A DNA stretch of 64,000 nt from Clostridia bacterium (lineage in GTDB: Bacteria; Bacillota; Clostridia; Oscillospirales; CAG-272): NCBI GenBank assembly GCA_017937845.1, contig JAGBCV010000016.1:26299-90298 (forward strand). Direction: 5' to 3'. The notes below the pieces were generated by a model, which worked only from the letters and a program-made list of their open reading frames with translations, did not search any database and was not told where the DNA came from. Positions 20,325 through 30,972 of the stretch are shown piece after piece. The number at the start of each line of letters is the position of its first letter. Positions within the stretch are counted from its first letter, which is position 1. A program made the translations under genes and the position numbers.

Positions 20325-21641
20325 ATGGAAAACAGAATCACAGGCGAAGAATATCTTGCGTTTACAAAAGCAAGCAAGGATCGCCGTATGGAATGGTTCC
20401 GAAACGCTCGTTTCGGTATGTTCATTCATTATGGACTTTTTTCTTCCCACGGTATGGGCGAATGGGCTCAGGTCTGGGAAAATATTAAAATTTCCGATTA
20501 TGAAAAGCTCGCGTCTGCGTTTTGCCCGAAGGAGGGCTGTGCAGATGAATGGTGTCGTCTTGCAAAAGAGGCGGGCGCAAAATACGCCGTTCTCACAACA
20601 CGCCACCACGAAGGCTTTTCTCTCTGGGATTCCAAGGTGAATCCCTTCAACTCCGTCAACTACGGTCCTCACCGTGATATCGTTCGTGAATTTGTTGACG
20701 CATGCCGTAAATACGACCTTAGAATCGGTCTGTATTCCTCTCTCATGGATTGGCATCATCCCGATGCGTGGAAATGTATGACGGATGAAGATGCGCGCGC
20801 GCGTTTTACAAAATACATTGAAGATATGAACGTTGAGCTTCTCACGAACTACGGCAAGATCGATATCCTTTGGTACGATATGCCGTGGCCGCGCATGAGC
20901 GCAAGAAATTGGGATTCCGTGAACCGCAACTATAAGCTCAGACAGCTTCAGCCCGATATCCTCATCAACAACCGCAGCCGTATGGCAGAGGATTTCTTCA
21001 CACCCGAAGATGCCATCAAGTCGGAGGACGATGCGGATTGGGAAGCTTGCATGACCTTCAACGGTTTTTCGTGGGGTTATGTAGATGAAGATCAGATCGT
21101 TCCGTATTCTTATTCGGCAAATCAGATCATTCGTATGCTCCGTAAGTGCGCGGGCGCAGGCGGTAATCTGCTTCTCAACATCGGTCCGAAGGCAGACGGT
21201 ACGGTCCCTGCGGAAGCGCTCGATCCCTTGAAGCGCGTCGGCGGCTGGCTTTCTGAAAACGGGGAAGCAGCGTACGGACTCAAAAAGAAGTTCAGCGGTT
21301 GGTATTGCGGCGCAAACAACGTAACGGAATGTACCGTTTCCACAGATGACAAAACGGTCTATGCGTGGAACTACATCTGGCCCTCCTCGGGTGAGATGGT
21401 GTTTGGCGGTTACATCAACGCGCCGAAGAAGATCACGCTTCTTTCCACCGGGGAAGAGATCGCATTCCGTCACGAGGGTCATCGCATCGTGATGACGGGA
21501 CTTCCCAAAAAATCGCCCGATAGCAATATGGGCATTGCGGTCATCAAAATGGAATTTGATGAACCGTTCCGCTATCAGTATGGTAGCTATTATCCTCAGG
21601 TTTCCGAGGGTGTAGATTATTCCGAAGGACAGGGTAACTGA
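20325..21641 (+). CDS. alpha-L-fucosidase (GH29)
   Basis: WFRNARFGMFIHYG, TTRHHEGFSLW, ILWYD, GNLLLNIGP. Confidence 0.92.
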   Translation: MENRITGEEYLAFTKASKDRRMEWFRNARFGMFIHYGLFSSHGMGEWAQVWENIKISDYEKLASAFCPKEGCADEWCRLAKEAGAKYAVLTTRHHEGFSLWDSKVNPFNSVNYGPHRDIVREFVDACRKYDLRIGLYSSLMDWHHPDAWKCMTDEDARARFTKYIEDMNVELLTNYGKIDILWYDMPWPRMSARNWDSVNRNYKLRQLQPDILINNRSRMAEDFFTPEDAIKSEDDADWEACMTFNGFSWGYVDEDQIVPYSYSANQIIRMLRKCAGAGGNLLLNIGPKADGTVPAEALDPLKRVGGWLSENGEAAYGLKKKFSGWYCGANNVTECTVSTDDKTVYAWNYIWPSSGEMVFGGYINAPKKITLLSTGEEIAFRHEGHRIVMTGLPKKSPDSNMGIAVIKMEFDEPFRYQYGSYYPQVSEGVDYSEGQGN

Positions 21642-22828
21642 TGAAATACGATTTTGAAACACTTGTTCCGCGATATGGAAAGGGCTCCTTCAAATGGGAG
21701 GAGCTTCGTTCCGAGGATCCGAATATCCCCGATGATATCGTTCCGCTGTCCGTTGCCGATATGGAATTTAAGACAGCGCCCGCCATCGTGGAAGGACTCA
21801 AAAAATATTTGGACGAAACGTCTCTCGGTTATACGCGTGCGACGGATGCTTATTACGAGGCGGTCATCGATTGGATGCGCCGCCGACATGGCTTTGAACC
21901 CAAGCGCGAATGGTTCGTGCAATTCAGCGGTATCGTTCCCGCGCTTCGCCATATCATCGGCGTTTTTACAAAACCCGGTGATGGGGTTCTCATTATGACA
22001 CCTGTTTATCATCAGTTTCGCATGGTCGCAGAGCATAACGGCTGTGAGATCGTCGAAAGCGAACTGCTTCTGAAAGACGGTAAATACGAAATTGATTTTG
22101 AAGATTTTGCGGCAAAGGCAGCAAGAGATGACGTGAAGCTCTGTATCCTTTGCAGTCCGCATAATCCTGTCGGTCGTGTTTGGACAAAGGAAGAGCTTTG
22201 CAAGATTGCGGATATTTGTCTGGAAAACAACGTATATCTTTTGGATGATGAGATCCATTCCGATCTTATCATGCCCGGATATCATCATGTGCCGATGCTT
22301 TCTCTTGATGAGAAATATCACGATAATCTGCTTGTTTGCACCTCGCCCGGCAAGACGTTCAACCTTGCGGGTATGCAGGCATCCAATATTTTCGTTCCGA
22401 ATGCGGAACGACGCGAAGCCATCGAAAAAGCGCGCGGTCATTTTTCTCTCAATGCTCTCAGTTATAAGGCTGTGGAATTTGCATATCGAGATTCTGAGGA
22501 ATGGCTCGACGAGGCGATCGCATATATTGACGGCAACCGTAAATTTGCGATCGAATTTTTCCGTAAGCATTATCCCGACGTGTTCATTTCGGAGATGGAA
22601 GGGACGTACCTGCTTTGGGTAGATCTTCACTCCTTTGGCATGACGATGGAGGAGCAGGAAAAATTGCTCCGCGAAAAGGCGCTTCTTTACGTTGACGAGG
22701 GCTATATCTTCGGCAAGGGCGGGGAAGGATTTGAGAGAATCAATATCGCTTGTCCGCGCCATGTGCTGGAAGCGGCACTTGTTCGTTTGAAGACTGCGCT
22801 GGATGAATATGTAAAAAACAAAGCGTAA
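21641..22828 (+). CDS. MalY/PatB family PLP-dependent C-S lyase
   Basis: PLSVADMEF, CSPHNPVGRVW, DEIHSD, SPGKTFNLAG. Confidence 0.93.
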   Translation: MKYDFETLVPRYGKGSFKWEELRSEDPNIPDDIVPLSVADMEFKTAPAIVEGLKKYLDETSLGYTRATDAYYEAVIDWMRRRHGFEPKREWFVQFSGIVPALRHIIGVFTKPGDGVLIMTPVYHQFRMVAEHNGCEIVESELLLKDGKYEIDFEDFAAKAARDDVKLCILCSPHNPVGRVWTKEELCKIADICLENNVYLLDDEIHSDLIMPGYHHVPMLSLDEKYHDNLLVCTSPGKTFNLAGMQASNIFVPNAERREAIEKARGHFSLNALSYKAVEFAYRDSEEWLDEAIAYIDGNRKFAIEFFRKHYPDVFISEMEGTYLLWVDLHSFGMTMEEQEKLLREKALLYVDEGYIFGKGGEGFERINIACPRHVLEAALVRLKTALDEYVKNKA

Positions 22829-22836
22829 TATAACGA

Positions 22837-22860
22837 AACCCCCGACGAAAGTCGGGGGTT
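22837..22860. terminator. hairpin between convergent genes
   Basis: AACCCCCGAC-GAAA-GTCGGGGGTT. Confidence 0.7.
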
Positions 22861-22865
22861 GGTGT

Positions 22866-23549
22866 TTATAGAGCAAGAATCTTTTTTACCGTCAAAATAT
22901 TTTCATTTACGGTGAAGTGGACCTCGATGCTACCGAACGCCATCATATAGATGCGCTCGGGGTCATGCTGATAACCCGGTCGAGGATCTTCGCGGAGCAG
23001 GGCGATCACGCCGTCATAAAGATGCGGTGGAATTTGTGCTTTCAGATCGTCTGTGATTTCAACGGTGAGCGAGCCTTCGCCTGGACCTTTTGCAAAACCG
23101 CCTTGGGCTTCGGGGTGGGAGTCCGTATAGGCGAGGTAGGGCTTGACATCATAGATCGGCGTGCCGTCGAGGATATCTGCGCCTGTAACGTAAAGCACAG
23201 GACCTTCGGGCGTGTGCAGATCGATGCCGACGAGCTTCACGGAGGAAAGTCCAATGGGGTTCGGTCGGAACGGGGAGCGTGTGGCGAAAACGCCCATGCG
23301 TTTATTGCCGCCGAGTCTTGGCGGGCGGACGGTGGGTGACCATTCGTCGCGGACGGCTTCTGAAAATTGCCAGATGAGCCAAAGGTGGGAATATCCTTCG
23401 ATGCCGCGGAAGGCGTCGGAGTTTCGGTATTCGGGTTCAAAAACGATTTTTGACGTGATGGTATCGACAAGTCCGCTTTGGCGTGGGATGCCGAACTTGG
23501 CGGTAAAGTCGTTTCGGATGTGGGCGATGACGGAAAGGGAATGGGTCAT
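22866..23549 (-). CDS. tsaA: tRNA m6t6A37 methyltransferase TrmO/TsaA
   Basis: KFGIPRQSGL, GVFATRSPFRPNPIGLS, DGTPIYDVKPY; GGAGG RBS before ATG 23549. Confidence 0.93.
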   Translation of the reverse strand: MTHSLSVIAHIRNDFTAKFGIPRQSGLVDTITSKIVFEPEYRNSDAFRGIEGYSHLWLIWQFSEAVRDEWSPTVRPPRLGGNKRMGVFATRSPFRPNPIGLSSVKLVGIDLHTPEGPVLYVTGADILDGTPIYDVKPYLAYTDSHPEAQGGFAKGPGEGSLTVEITDDLKAQIPPHLYDGVIALLREDPRPGYQHDPERIYMMAFGSIEVHFTVNENILTVKKILAL

Positions 23550-23570
23550 GGAAACCTCCGAGAAAAGTGG

Positions 23571-23956
23571 AATGATATATTCGCTCCGCGAATATGATAT
23601 ACGGCTTACGCCGTATGATATACCTCGCGTTGCTCGGTATGATATAATATCCGTTCCCACATATGCCGAAGGCATATATCATCCGCGAAGCGGGATATCA
23701 TATCGAAGATATATCACCCGTTCCGCAAGGAACGGATATCATTGCAAAAAGAGATTTGTTTTTGTTGTGAAAAAATGATATATTCGCTCCGCGAATATGA
23801 TATACGGCTTGCGCCGTATGATATACCTCGCGTTGCTCGGTATGATATAATATCCGTTCCCACATATGCCGAAGGCATATATCATCCGCGAAGCGGGATA
23901 TCATATCGAAGATATATCACCCGTTCTGAGAGGAACGGATATCATTGCAAAAAGAG
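23571..23956. repeat. tandem duplicate of ~180-bp multi-hairpin element (23571-23753, 23774-23956)
   Basis: Two near-identical copies, each bounded by AATGATAT...ATATCATT and made of short hairpins. Confidence 0.9.
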
Positions 23957-23987
23957 CATTTGTCAAAAGACAAATGCTCTTTTTGCA
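23946..23987. terminator. tRNA-Arg terminator
   Basis: Perfect 19-bp inverted repeat TGCAAAAAGAGCATTTGTC-AAAA-GACAAATGCTCTTTTTGCA directly 3' of the tRNA. Confidence 0.85.
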
Positions 23988-24064
23988 TGGCGCACCGGAC
24001 AGGATTCGAACCCGCGACCTACAGAATCGGAATCTGTCGCTCTATCCAGCTGAGCTACCGGAGC
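23988..24064 (-). tRNA. tRNA-Arg(CCG)
   Basis: GCTCCGGTAGCTCAGCTGGATAGAGCG ACAGA-TTCCGAT-TCTGT ...GGTTCGAATCC...GCCA. Confidence 0.93.
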
Positions 24065-24178
24065 ATGATATAAAGAGAAAGGGATCATGAAAAGAGAAAA
24101 GAAAAGGTGCAAAAGCTCCGCTTTTGTTCATTTTATGATATATTAAGGAGAGCGGAGCTTTTGCGAATTTTGGAGGGC

Positions 24179-24436
24179 TTATTTTGCGAGGGCTTCTTCG
24201 AGCGCCTTTGCGAGCTGGTCGGGGCAGGAGGTGCCGCGTCCTCTGCAATCGGTGCCTTTTACTCTTGCGATCACGTCTTCGGCTTTCATACCTTTGACAA
24301 GCTTGGAGATGCCCTGTGTGTTACCATGGCAACCGCCGACAAATTCTGCGGATTCGATGGTGTTGTCGTCTGCAAGGGTGATCTTGATCTGACGGGAGCA
24401 GGTGCCTTTTGTGGTGTATTCGATACTCTTTGCCAT
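24179..24436 (-). CDS. TSCPD domain protein (TIGR03905-like)
   Basis: GTCSRQI, FVGGCHGN, TSCPDQLA. Confidence 0.9.
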   Translation of the reverse strand: MAKSIEYTTKGTCSRQIKITLADDNTIESAEFVGGCHGNTQGISKLVKGMKAEDVIARVKGTDCRGRGTSCPDQLAKALEEALAK

Positions 24437-24632
24437 AATGATGTTTCCTTTGTTTTATTTTTGGTATATAGACTATTATAGCATAGATTTTTGGAAAATG
24501 CGCCTCTTTTTGATAAAAAAATGAAATTTGTGAATAATGACTAAAAATACTGTCTATAATTTTATCACGCTTGTGCAGGGTGGAAAAATCAAAGAAAATG
24601 TGAAAAAATCAGGAAAAATTGAGAAAAAACTA

Positions 24633-24661
24633 TTGACAAAAGGCTTGATTTGTTGTATACT
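24633..24661 (+). promoter_or_regulatory. S10 operon sigma-A promoter
   Basis: TTGACA-17-TATACT with A-rich upstream element. Confidence 0.8.
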
Positions 24662-24667
24662 AAGGGA

Positions 24668-24966
24668 GCTTGATGTGCGATGAAGCGAGAGGTTGCCGCA
24701 AAGAAAGCGGGTAATTTTCGCAGAGTATGTCCGATAAACGGGCGCCAGTTTAAGGCGAACGATATGAGTGTTTGGGATATTGCAGTCGCGTGCGATTGTC
24801 AATCCAAACGAAACAAGCGCGAGTACCAGCCGATGAAAATCGGCATTTTACACGGGCTACAGGAAACGCCCGGTGAGGTGTTCGCTACAAACTGAGTCAA
24901 AATCACAACTTCCTGTGTGTTGTGAACTCGCCGCCAACAGCAAAATATTATAGGAGGCAAAATCAA
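24668..24966 (+). promoter_or_regulatory. long rpsJ 5' leader (candidate r-protein leader RNA)
   Basis: ~300-nt leader beginning GATGAAGCGAGAGGTTG, resembling Bacillota rpsJ leaders as I recall them. Confidence 0.5.
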
Positions 24967-25278
24967 GTGGCAGTTAGTGAAAAAATCAGAATCAGACTGA
25001 AAAGCTACGATCACACATTGATCGATGCAGCAGCGGAAAAAATCGTTGAAACAGCGAAGAGAAACGGCGCTACCGTTTCCGGTCCCATTCCGCTTCCGAC
25101 TGAAAAGGAGATCATCACCATTCTCCGCGCTGTACACAAGTACAAAGACAGCCGTGAACAGTTTGAATACAGAACTCACAAGAGATTGATTGATGTAATC
25201 AAACCTTCTCAGAAAACCATCGAAGCTCTCACAGCTCTCGAACTTCCGGCCGGCGTCGAAATCGAAATCAAGCTTTAA
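24967..25278 (+). CDS. rpsJ: 30S ribosomal protein S10
   Basis: GTG start; [29 protein letters not shown]. Confidence 0.98.
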   Translation: MAVSEKIRIRLKSYDHTLIDAAAEKIVETAKRNGATVSGPIPLPTEKEIITILRAVHKYKDSREQFEYRTHKRLIDVIKPSQKTIEALTALELPAGVEIEIKL

Positions 25279-25422
25279 TCTCTACCATATATCATATACG
25301 GATTAAAGACATTCGACTCGAGGCATGTGCGGAAAGATAGATTCCCGTGCATCCGGTTCGGTCATGTTGACCCGCCTGCGCGACGCAGTGGTCAACCAAT
25401 AACCTAAACAAGGAGATAGAAA

Positions 25423-26055
25423 ATGAAAAAGGCTATTATCGGTAAGAAAATCGGTATGACACAGATTTTCGACGAAGTTGGCAACGTAATCCCGGTTACC
25501 ATCATTGAAGCCGGTCCTTGCGTTGTAGCACAGAAGAAGACCGTTGAAACCGACGGCTATTCCAGTGTTCAGCTCGGCTTTGAAGACATCGCCGACAAGA
25601 AACTCAACAAAGCAGTTAAGGGTCATTTCGCAAAAGCAAACGTTGCTGCGAAGAGACACCTCAAAGAATTCAGACTTGATGACGCAGCAAGCATGAACGT
25701 TGGCGATATCGTTTCCGCTGACACATTCGTTGCAGGTGACAGAGTTGACGTAACAGGCACCTCCAAGGGCCACGGCTTCTCCGGCGTAATCAAGAGATGG
25801 AACTGCCACAAGCTCCGCATGACACACGGCGTAGGCCCTGTTCATCGTCAGCCCGGTTCCATGGGCGCGAACTCCTCCCCCTCCAGAATCTTCAAGAACA
25901 AGAAGATGGCTGGTCAGTACGGTAACGAACAGGTTACTGTTCAGAACCTCGACGTAGTTCGCGTTGACGCAGACAAAAATCTTATCGCCGTTAAGGGCGC
26001 TATTCCCGGCGCTAAGGGCGGCATCGTGTTCGTTCGCAACACGGTAAAAGCGTGA
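25423..26055 (+). CDS. rplC: 50S ribosomal protein L3
   Basis: [18 protein letters not shown]; operon order. Confidence 0.98.
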   Translation: MKKAIIGKKIGMTQIFDEVGNVIPVTIIEAGPCVVAQKKTVETDGYSSVQLGFEDIADKKLNKAVKGHFAKANVAAKRHLKEFRLDDAASMNVGDIVSADTFVAGDRVDVTGTSKGHGFSGVIKRWNCHKLRMTHGVGPVHRQPGSMGANSSPSRIFKNKKMAGQYGNEQVTVQNLDVVRVDADKNLIAVKGAIPGAKGGIVFVRNTVKA

Positions 26056-26072
26056 GAAGGAGGAATTAGAAA

Positions 26073-26696
26073 ATGGCTAACATGAAAGTATTTGACATGG
26101 CCGGCAAGGAAGTTGGTACAATCGAACTTGCTGATTCCGTATTCGCTGTTGCTGTTAACGCAGCAGTTCTTCACGCAGCTGTAAGAGCTTACCTTCTCAA
26201 CCAGAGACAGGGTACACAGTCCACACTTACCAGAACCGAAGTTTCCGGTGGCGGCAGAAAGCCTTGGAGACAGAAGGGTACCGGTCGTGCAAGACAGGGT
26301 TCCACACGTTCTCCTCAGTGGACACACGGTGGTGTAGCTCTCGGTCCGAAGCCCAGAACCTACAAAACCGACCTCAACAAGAAGGTTAAGAGACTTGCTC
26401 TCAAGAGCGCGCTCTCTTCCAAGGTTGCTGACGATTCTCTCGTAATCGTAAACGCAATCGTAGCTACCGAATACAAGACAAAGGTTATGGCAAACATGCT
26501 TAACGCTCTCGGTGCTACCGGCAAGACTCTCGTAGTTCTTTCCGAAAAGAATGACATGGTTGTTAAGAGCCTTGGCAATATCGCAGGCGTTAAGACAGCT
26601 TATGTCAACACCATCAACGTATATGACATCCTCAACTGCGACAAGCTCGTGATCGTTGAGGCTGCAGCTAAGAAAATCGAGGAGGTATACGCATAA
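26073..26696 (+). CDS. rplD: 50S ribosomal protein L4
   Basis: [18 protein letters not shown]. Confidence 0.98.
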   Translation: MANMKVFDMAGKEVGTIELADSVFAVAVNAAVLHAAVRAYLLNQRQGTQSTLTRTEVSGGGRKPWRQKGTGRARQGSTRSPQWTHGGVALGPKPRTYKTDLNKKVKRLALKSALSSKVADDSLVIVNAIVATEYKTKVMANMLNALGATGKTLVVLSEKNDMVVKSLGNIAGVKTAYVNTINVYDILNCDKLVIVEAAAKKIEEVYA

Positions 26697-26989
26697 TGAA
26701 GTTCGCTCATGATATTATCGTAAGACCCCTTATCACAGAAAAGAGCCTTTCCGCTACAAGCGAAAAGAGATATACTTTTGAAGTATTGAAAACCGCAACA
26801 AAGCCCGAAATCGCAGCAGCTGTTGAAGAAGTTTTCGGCGTTAAGGTTGCAGACGTAAACACAATGATCATGAAGAAGAAACCCGCAAGAATGGGTGTTC
26901 ACGCAGGTTACAAGAAAGCTTGGAAGAAAGCGATCGTAACCCTCACTGAAGATTCCAAGACCATCGAGTTCTTCGACGGCATGATCTGA
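26696..26989 (+). CDS. rplW: 50S ribosomal protein L23
   Basis: [16 protein letters not shown]. Confidence 0.98.
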   Translation: MKFAHDIIVRPLITEKSLSATSEKRYTFEVLKTATKPEIAAAVEEVFGVKVADVNTMIMKKKPARMGVHAGYKKAWKKAIVTLTEDSKTIEFFDGMI

Positions 26990-27005
26990 TAAGGAGGAGT
27001 AAAAA

Positions 27006-27839
27006 ATGGCTACTATCAAGTATAAACCGACGACTCCTGCCAGACGTAATATGTCTGTGCCGGACTTCGCGGAAATCACGAAGTTCTCCCCCGAAAAGAG
27101 TCTTCTCACTGTTAAGAAAAAACACGCCGGCAGAAACAGCTACGGCAAGATCACTGTTCGTCACATCGGTGGCGGTAACAGACAGAAATACAGAATCATC
27201 GACTTCAAGCGCGCAGCTACAACTGAAGTTGCAACTGTTATCGGTATCGAATACGATCCTAACAGAACCGCTTACATCGCACTTCTCCAGTACGAAGATG
27301 GTTCCAAGAAGTACATCATCGCTCCTGTAGGTCTTACAGACGGTGACAAGGTTTACTCCGGTGAACACGCCGACATTAAACCCGGTAACACACTTCCCAT
27401 CGCCAACATCCCCGTTGGTACTCTCATCTACAACATCGAGCTTTATCCCGGTAAGGGCGGTCAGCTCGTTCGTTCCGCCGGCACTTTCGCTCAGCTCATG
27501 GCTAAGGAAAATGACATGGCACAGGTAAGACTTCCTTCCGGCGAAGTTCGTCTTATCAGACTTGACTGCAAGGCAACAATCGGTCAGGTTTCCAACATCG
27601 ACCACGAAAACGTTAAGATCGGTAAAGCAGGTAAGACTCGCCACCGCGGCATCCGTCCTACCGTTCGCGGTTCCGTTATGAACCCCTGCGACCACCCGCA
27701 CGGTGGTGGTGAAGGACGTTCTCCGATCGGTCGTCCGTCTCCTGTAACTCCTTGGGGTAAACCCGCACTTGGTTACAAGACAAGAAACAAGAAATCCAGA
27801 ACTGAACAGTTCATCGTAAAACACAGAAACGGTAAATAA
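27006..27839 (+). CDS. rplB: 50S ribosomal protein L2
   Basis: [21 protein letters not shown]. Confidence 0.98.
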   Translation: MATIKYKPTTPARRNMSVPDFAEITKFSPEKSLLTVKKKHAGRNSYGKITVRHIGGGNRQKYRIIDFKRAATTEVATVIGIEYDPNRTAYIALLQYEDGSKKYIIAPVGLTDGDKVYSGEHADIKPGNTLPIANIPVGTLIYNIELYPGKGGQLVRSAGTFAQLMAKENDMAQVRLPSGEVRLIRLDCKATIGQVSNIDHENVKIGKAGKTRHRGIRPTVRGSVMNPCDHPHGGGEGRSPIGRPSPVTPWGKPALGYKTRNKKSRTEQFIVKHRNGK

Positions 27840-27854
27840 GGAGGAGGCATAAAA

Positions 27855-28136
27855 ATGAGCAGAAGCCTTAAAAAAGGACCTTTTGTCGAAGAAAAGCTCT
27901 ACACAAGAGTTTGCGCTATGAACGACAAAGGCGAGAAAAAGGTATTGAAGACCTGGTCTCGTGCTTCCGTAATTTTCCCCGAATTTGTCGGTCATACGAT
28001 TGCGGTTCACGACGGTAGAAAACACGTTCCGGTATATGTAACAGAAGACATGGTTGGTCACAAACTCGGTGAGTTTGCTCCCACCAGAACCTTCAAGGGT
28101 CATGCCGGTTCCAAAACATCCAACAACGGTAAATAA
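27855..28136 (+). CDS. rpsS: 30S ribosomal protein S19
   Basis: [21 protein letters not shown]. Confidence 0.98.
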   Translation: MSRSLKKGPFVEEKLYTRVCAMNDKGEKKVLKTWSRASVIFPEFVGHTIAVHDGRKHVPVYVTEDMVGHKLGEFAPTRTFKGHAGSKTSNNGK

Positions 28137-28166
28137 TCTCGCACCAAGCGAAGGGAGGAACTACAA

Positions 28167-28502
28167 ATGGAATCTAGAGCATATCTCAAATATGCAAGAA
28201 TTTCCCCGCGCAAAGTACAGATCGTGCTTGACCTCATCAGAGGTAAGGATGCGGGAACAGCAATGGCAATTCTTAAAAACACTCCTAAATCTGCGAGTGA
28301 ATACCTCATCAAGTTGCTCAAGAGTGCAATCGCAAACGCTGAGCACAACTATGGCATGGACGTAAGCAAGCTTTACGTTTCCGAATGCTTCGTTTGCCCG
28401 GGTCCGACTCTCAAGAGAATCATGCCCCGCGCAAAAGGCAGCGCAGACAGAATCCTGAAGAGAACAAGCCATGTAACGCTCGCTCTCAAGGAAAGAGCTT
28501 AA
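28167..28502 (+). CDS. rplV: 50S ribosomal protein L22
   Basis: RISPRKV, KRTSHVT. Confidence 0.98.
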   Translation: MESRAYLKYARISPRKVQIVLDLIRGKDAGTAMAILKNTPKSASEYLIKLLKSAIANAEHNYGMDVSKLYVSECFVCPGPTLKRIMPRAKGSADRILKRTSHVTLALKERA

Positions 28503-28517
28503 TGGAGGTATCGAAGA

Positions 28518-29312
28518 ATGGGTCAGAAAGTTAATCCTCACGGTCTCCGTGTAGGTGTTATCAAAGATTGGGACTCGAGATGGTTCGCAAAAGACGCTGA
28601 TTTCGGCGACACTCTCGTTTCCGACTATAAAATCAGAAAATATCTGAAAGAAAAACTCAAAGTCGCAGGCGTTCCGAAGATTGAAATCGAACGCAGCAAT
28701 GCCGGCGTAAAGGTCGTTATTCACTGCGCAAAACCCGGTGTTGTAATCGGTCGCGGCGGCGCTGAGATCGAAAAGCTCCGTGTTTCTCTTGAAAAAATGA
28801 CAGGCACCTCCGTCAGCGTAAACGTTGCTGAGGTTAAGAGCCCTGACATGAACGCACAGCTCGTTGCTGAATCCATCGCAGAACAGCTCGAAAAGAGAGT
28901 TGCGTTCCGTCGTGCGATGAAGCAGGCTATCGGCAGAACCATGCGTCTTGGCGCAAAGGGTATCAAGATCACCCTTTCCGGCCGTCTTGGCGGTGCCGAA
29001 ATCGCAAGAAGCGAACACTATCATGAAGGTACAATCCCGCTTCAGACAATCAGAGCCGACATCGAATACGGTTTCTGGGAAGCAAATACAACTTACGGTA
29101 AGATCGGCGTAAAAGTTTGGATCTACAAGGGCGAAGTCCTCTCCGGCAGAACAGGCGCAGCTCAGGCTGAAGCTCCTGCTGAAAGACGCGACAGAAGAAA
29201 CGACCGTCGTGGCGATCGCCGCGGCGATAGAAGAAACGCAAACGGTAGAACCGGTGCTCCGAGACAGACCAGAGAAGGAGGCAGAAGAAATGTTGTTGCC
29301 AAAGAGAGTTAA
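28518..29312 (+). CDS. rpsC: 30S ribosomal protein S3
   Basis: [30 protein letters not shown]. Confidence 0.98.
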   Translation: MGQKVNPHGLRVGVIKDWDSRWFAKDADFGDTLVSDYKIRKYLKEKLKVAGVPKIEIERSNAGVKVVIHCAKPGVVIGRGGAEIEKLRVSLEKMTGTSVSVNVAEVKSPDMNAQLVAESIAEQLEKRVAFRRAMKQAIGRTMRLGAKGIKITLSGRLGGAEIARSEHYHEGTIPLQTIRADIEYGFWEANTTYGKIGVKVWIYKGEVLSGRTGAAQAEAPAERRDRRNDRRGDRRGDRRNANGRTGAPRQTREGGRRNVVAKES

Positions 29313-29712
29313 ATACAGACGCCAGCAGCGCGGCCGCCTCAAGGGCACAGCCAGCAGAGGCAACACGATCACATACGGTTCCTACGGCCTTGTAGCAACA
29401 GAACCCGCATGGATCACAAGCAACCAGATCGAAGCTGCCCGTATCGCTATGACACGTTACATCAAACGTGGCGGTCAGGTTTGGATCAAGATTTTCCCCG
29501 ACAAGCCGATCACCGAAAAGCCTGCTGAAACTCGAATGGGTTCCGGTAAGGGTTCTCCCGAATACTGGGTAGCGGTTGTAAAACCCGGCCGTGTTATGTT
29601 TGAAATGGACGGCGTTGCAGAGGACGTAGCAAGAGAAGCTATGCGTCTTGCATCCCACAAGCTCCCGATCAAATGTAAATTCATGAAAAAAGAAGAAGCA
29701 GAGGAGGAATAA
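29290..29712 (+). CDS. rplP: 50S ribosomal protein L16
   Basis: [17 protein letters not shown]. Confidence 0.98.
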   Translation: MLLPKRVKYRRQQRGRLKGTASRGNTITYGSYGLVATEPAWITSNQIEAARIAMTRYIKRGGQVWIKIFPDKPITEKPAETRMGSGKGSPEYWVAVVKPGRVMFEMDGVAEDVAREAMRLASHKLPIKCKFMKKEEAEEE

Positions 29713-29716
29713 TACA

Positions 29717-29908
29717 GTGAAAGCAGCTGAACTTAAAAACATGACTTCCGCTGAACTCACCTCTAAGCTCAAGGAATTGAAGAGTGAACTCTTCAAGCTC
29801 CGCTTCCAGAATGAGATCAATCAGCTTGACAACCCCCACAAGATCGCTGATGTCAAGAAGGACATCGCAAGAGTTATGACAGCCCTTCGTGCGAAGGACG
29901 CTGAGTAA
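29717..29908 (+). CDS. rpmC: 50S ribosomal protein L29
   Basis: [16 protein letters not shown]. Confidence 0.97.
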   Translation: MKAAELKNMTSAELTSKLKELKSELFKLRFQNEINQLDNPHKIADVKKDIARVMTALRAKDAE

Positions 29909-29930
29909 GTCATAGAGAGGAGTAAATGTC

Positions 29931-30188
29931 ATGGAAGAAAGAAATCTCAGAAAGACCAGAGTCGGCAAGGTCGTAAGCAATAAGATGGATAAGACCATCG
30001 TTGTTGCCATCGAAGACAGCGTTAAGCATCCTAAGTATGGCAAAGTCATCAAAAGAACGGTAAAATTTAAGGCACACGACGAAAACAATGTGTGCAACGA
30101 AGGCGACACCGTAAAGATCATGGAAACAAGACCCCTCTCCAAGGATAAGAGATGGAGACTTGTTGAAGTTATCGAAGAAGCAAAATAA
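29931..30188 (+). CDS. rpsQ: 30S ribosomal protein S17
   Basis: [18 protein letters not shown]. Confidence 0.98.
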   Translation: MEERNLRKTRVGKVVSNKMDKTIVVAIEDSVKHPKYGKVIKRTVKFKAHDENNVCNEGDTVKIMETRPLSKDKRWRLVEVIEEAK

Positions 30189-30256
30189 TATCATAGTGCA
30201 AGGTTAGAGCGCAAGTCGCAACCTGTGAGATGTGAATATTTAAGGAGGAAAACACA

Positions 30257-30625
30257 ATGATTCAACAGCAGTCATTGATGAAAGTCGCTGATAACACCGG
30301 CGCGAAGGAACTCATGTGCATCAGAGTTCTCGGCGGCACCGGCAGAAGATATGCAAACATTGGCGACGTTGTTGTTTGCAGCGTTAAGAAGGCAGCGCCC
30401 GGCGGCACTGCTAAAAAGGGTGAAGTTGTTAAAGCTGTTATCGTTCGCTCCGTTAAGGGCGTAAAGAGAGCAGACGGCTCCTACCTCAAGTTCGATGAAA
30501 ACGCAGCAGTTATCATCAAAGAAGATAATACACCCAGAGGCACACGTATTTTTGGCCCGGTAGCAAGAGAACTTCGTGATAAAGACTTTATCAAGATTCT
30601 CTCCCTCGCTCCCGAAGTACTTTAA
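30257..30625 (+). CDS. rplN: 50S ribosomal protein L14
   Basis: [20 protein letters not shown]. Confidence 0.98.
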   Translation: MIQQQSLMKVADNTGAKELMCIRVLGGTGRRYANIGDVVVCSVKKAAPGGTAKKGEVVKAVIVRSVKGVKRADGSYLKFDENAAVIIKEDNTPRGTRIFGPVARELRDKDFIKILSLAPEVL

Positions 30626-30640
30626 TGGAGGAATCAATCG

Positions 30641-30955
30641 ATGAATAAGCTTCATGTAAAAAGAGATGATACCGTTATCGTAATCTCCGGCGACGACAAA
30701 GGCGTAAAGGGTAAGGTTATCGCGGTATCCCCCGACGAACACAAGGTTATCGTTGAGGGCGCAAACATCCAGACAAAACATATGAAACCCAGAAGACAGG
30801 GTGAAACCGGCGGCATCGTCAAAGTTGAAGGCGCTATGCACGCTGATAAGGTTGCTCTCTACTGCTCCAAGTGCGGTAAGGGCGTTCGCTCCACCATCAA
30901 GGTTGAGGGCGACAAGAAGGTTCGCGTTTGCAGCAAATGCGGACAGAAGATTTGA
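30641..30955 (+). CDS. rplX: 50S ribosomal protein L24
   Basis: KOW motif DTVIVISGDDKG. Confidence 0.97.
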   Translation: MNKLHVKRDDTVIVISGDDKGVKGKVIAVSPDEHKVIVEGANIQTKHMKPRRQGETGGIVKVEGAMHADKVALYCSKCGKGVRSTIKVEGDKKVRVCSKCGQKI

Positions 30956-30972
30956 TGCGGAGGTAAAGAGAA

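Noticed and set aside
5851-22876. Long antisense ORFs (e.g. 8854-11028, 13620-15344, 17415-19322)
   Set aside because: They mirror well-supported plus-strand genes, have no motifs, and are expected from codon bias.
23550-23675. N-terminal extension of tsaA in the ORF track
   Set aside because: It runs through the repeat element; a GGAGG RBS supports the start at 23549.
23571-23956. Possible CRISPR array
   Set aside because: Two long duplicated units, no constant repeat with unique spacers, and no cas genes.
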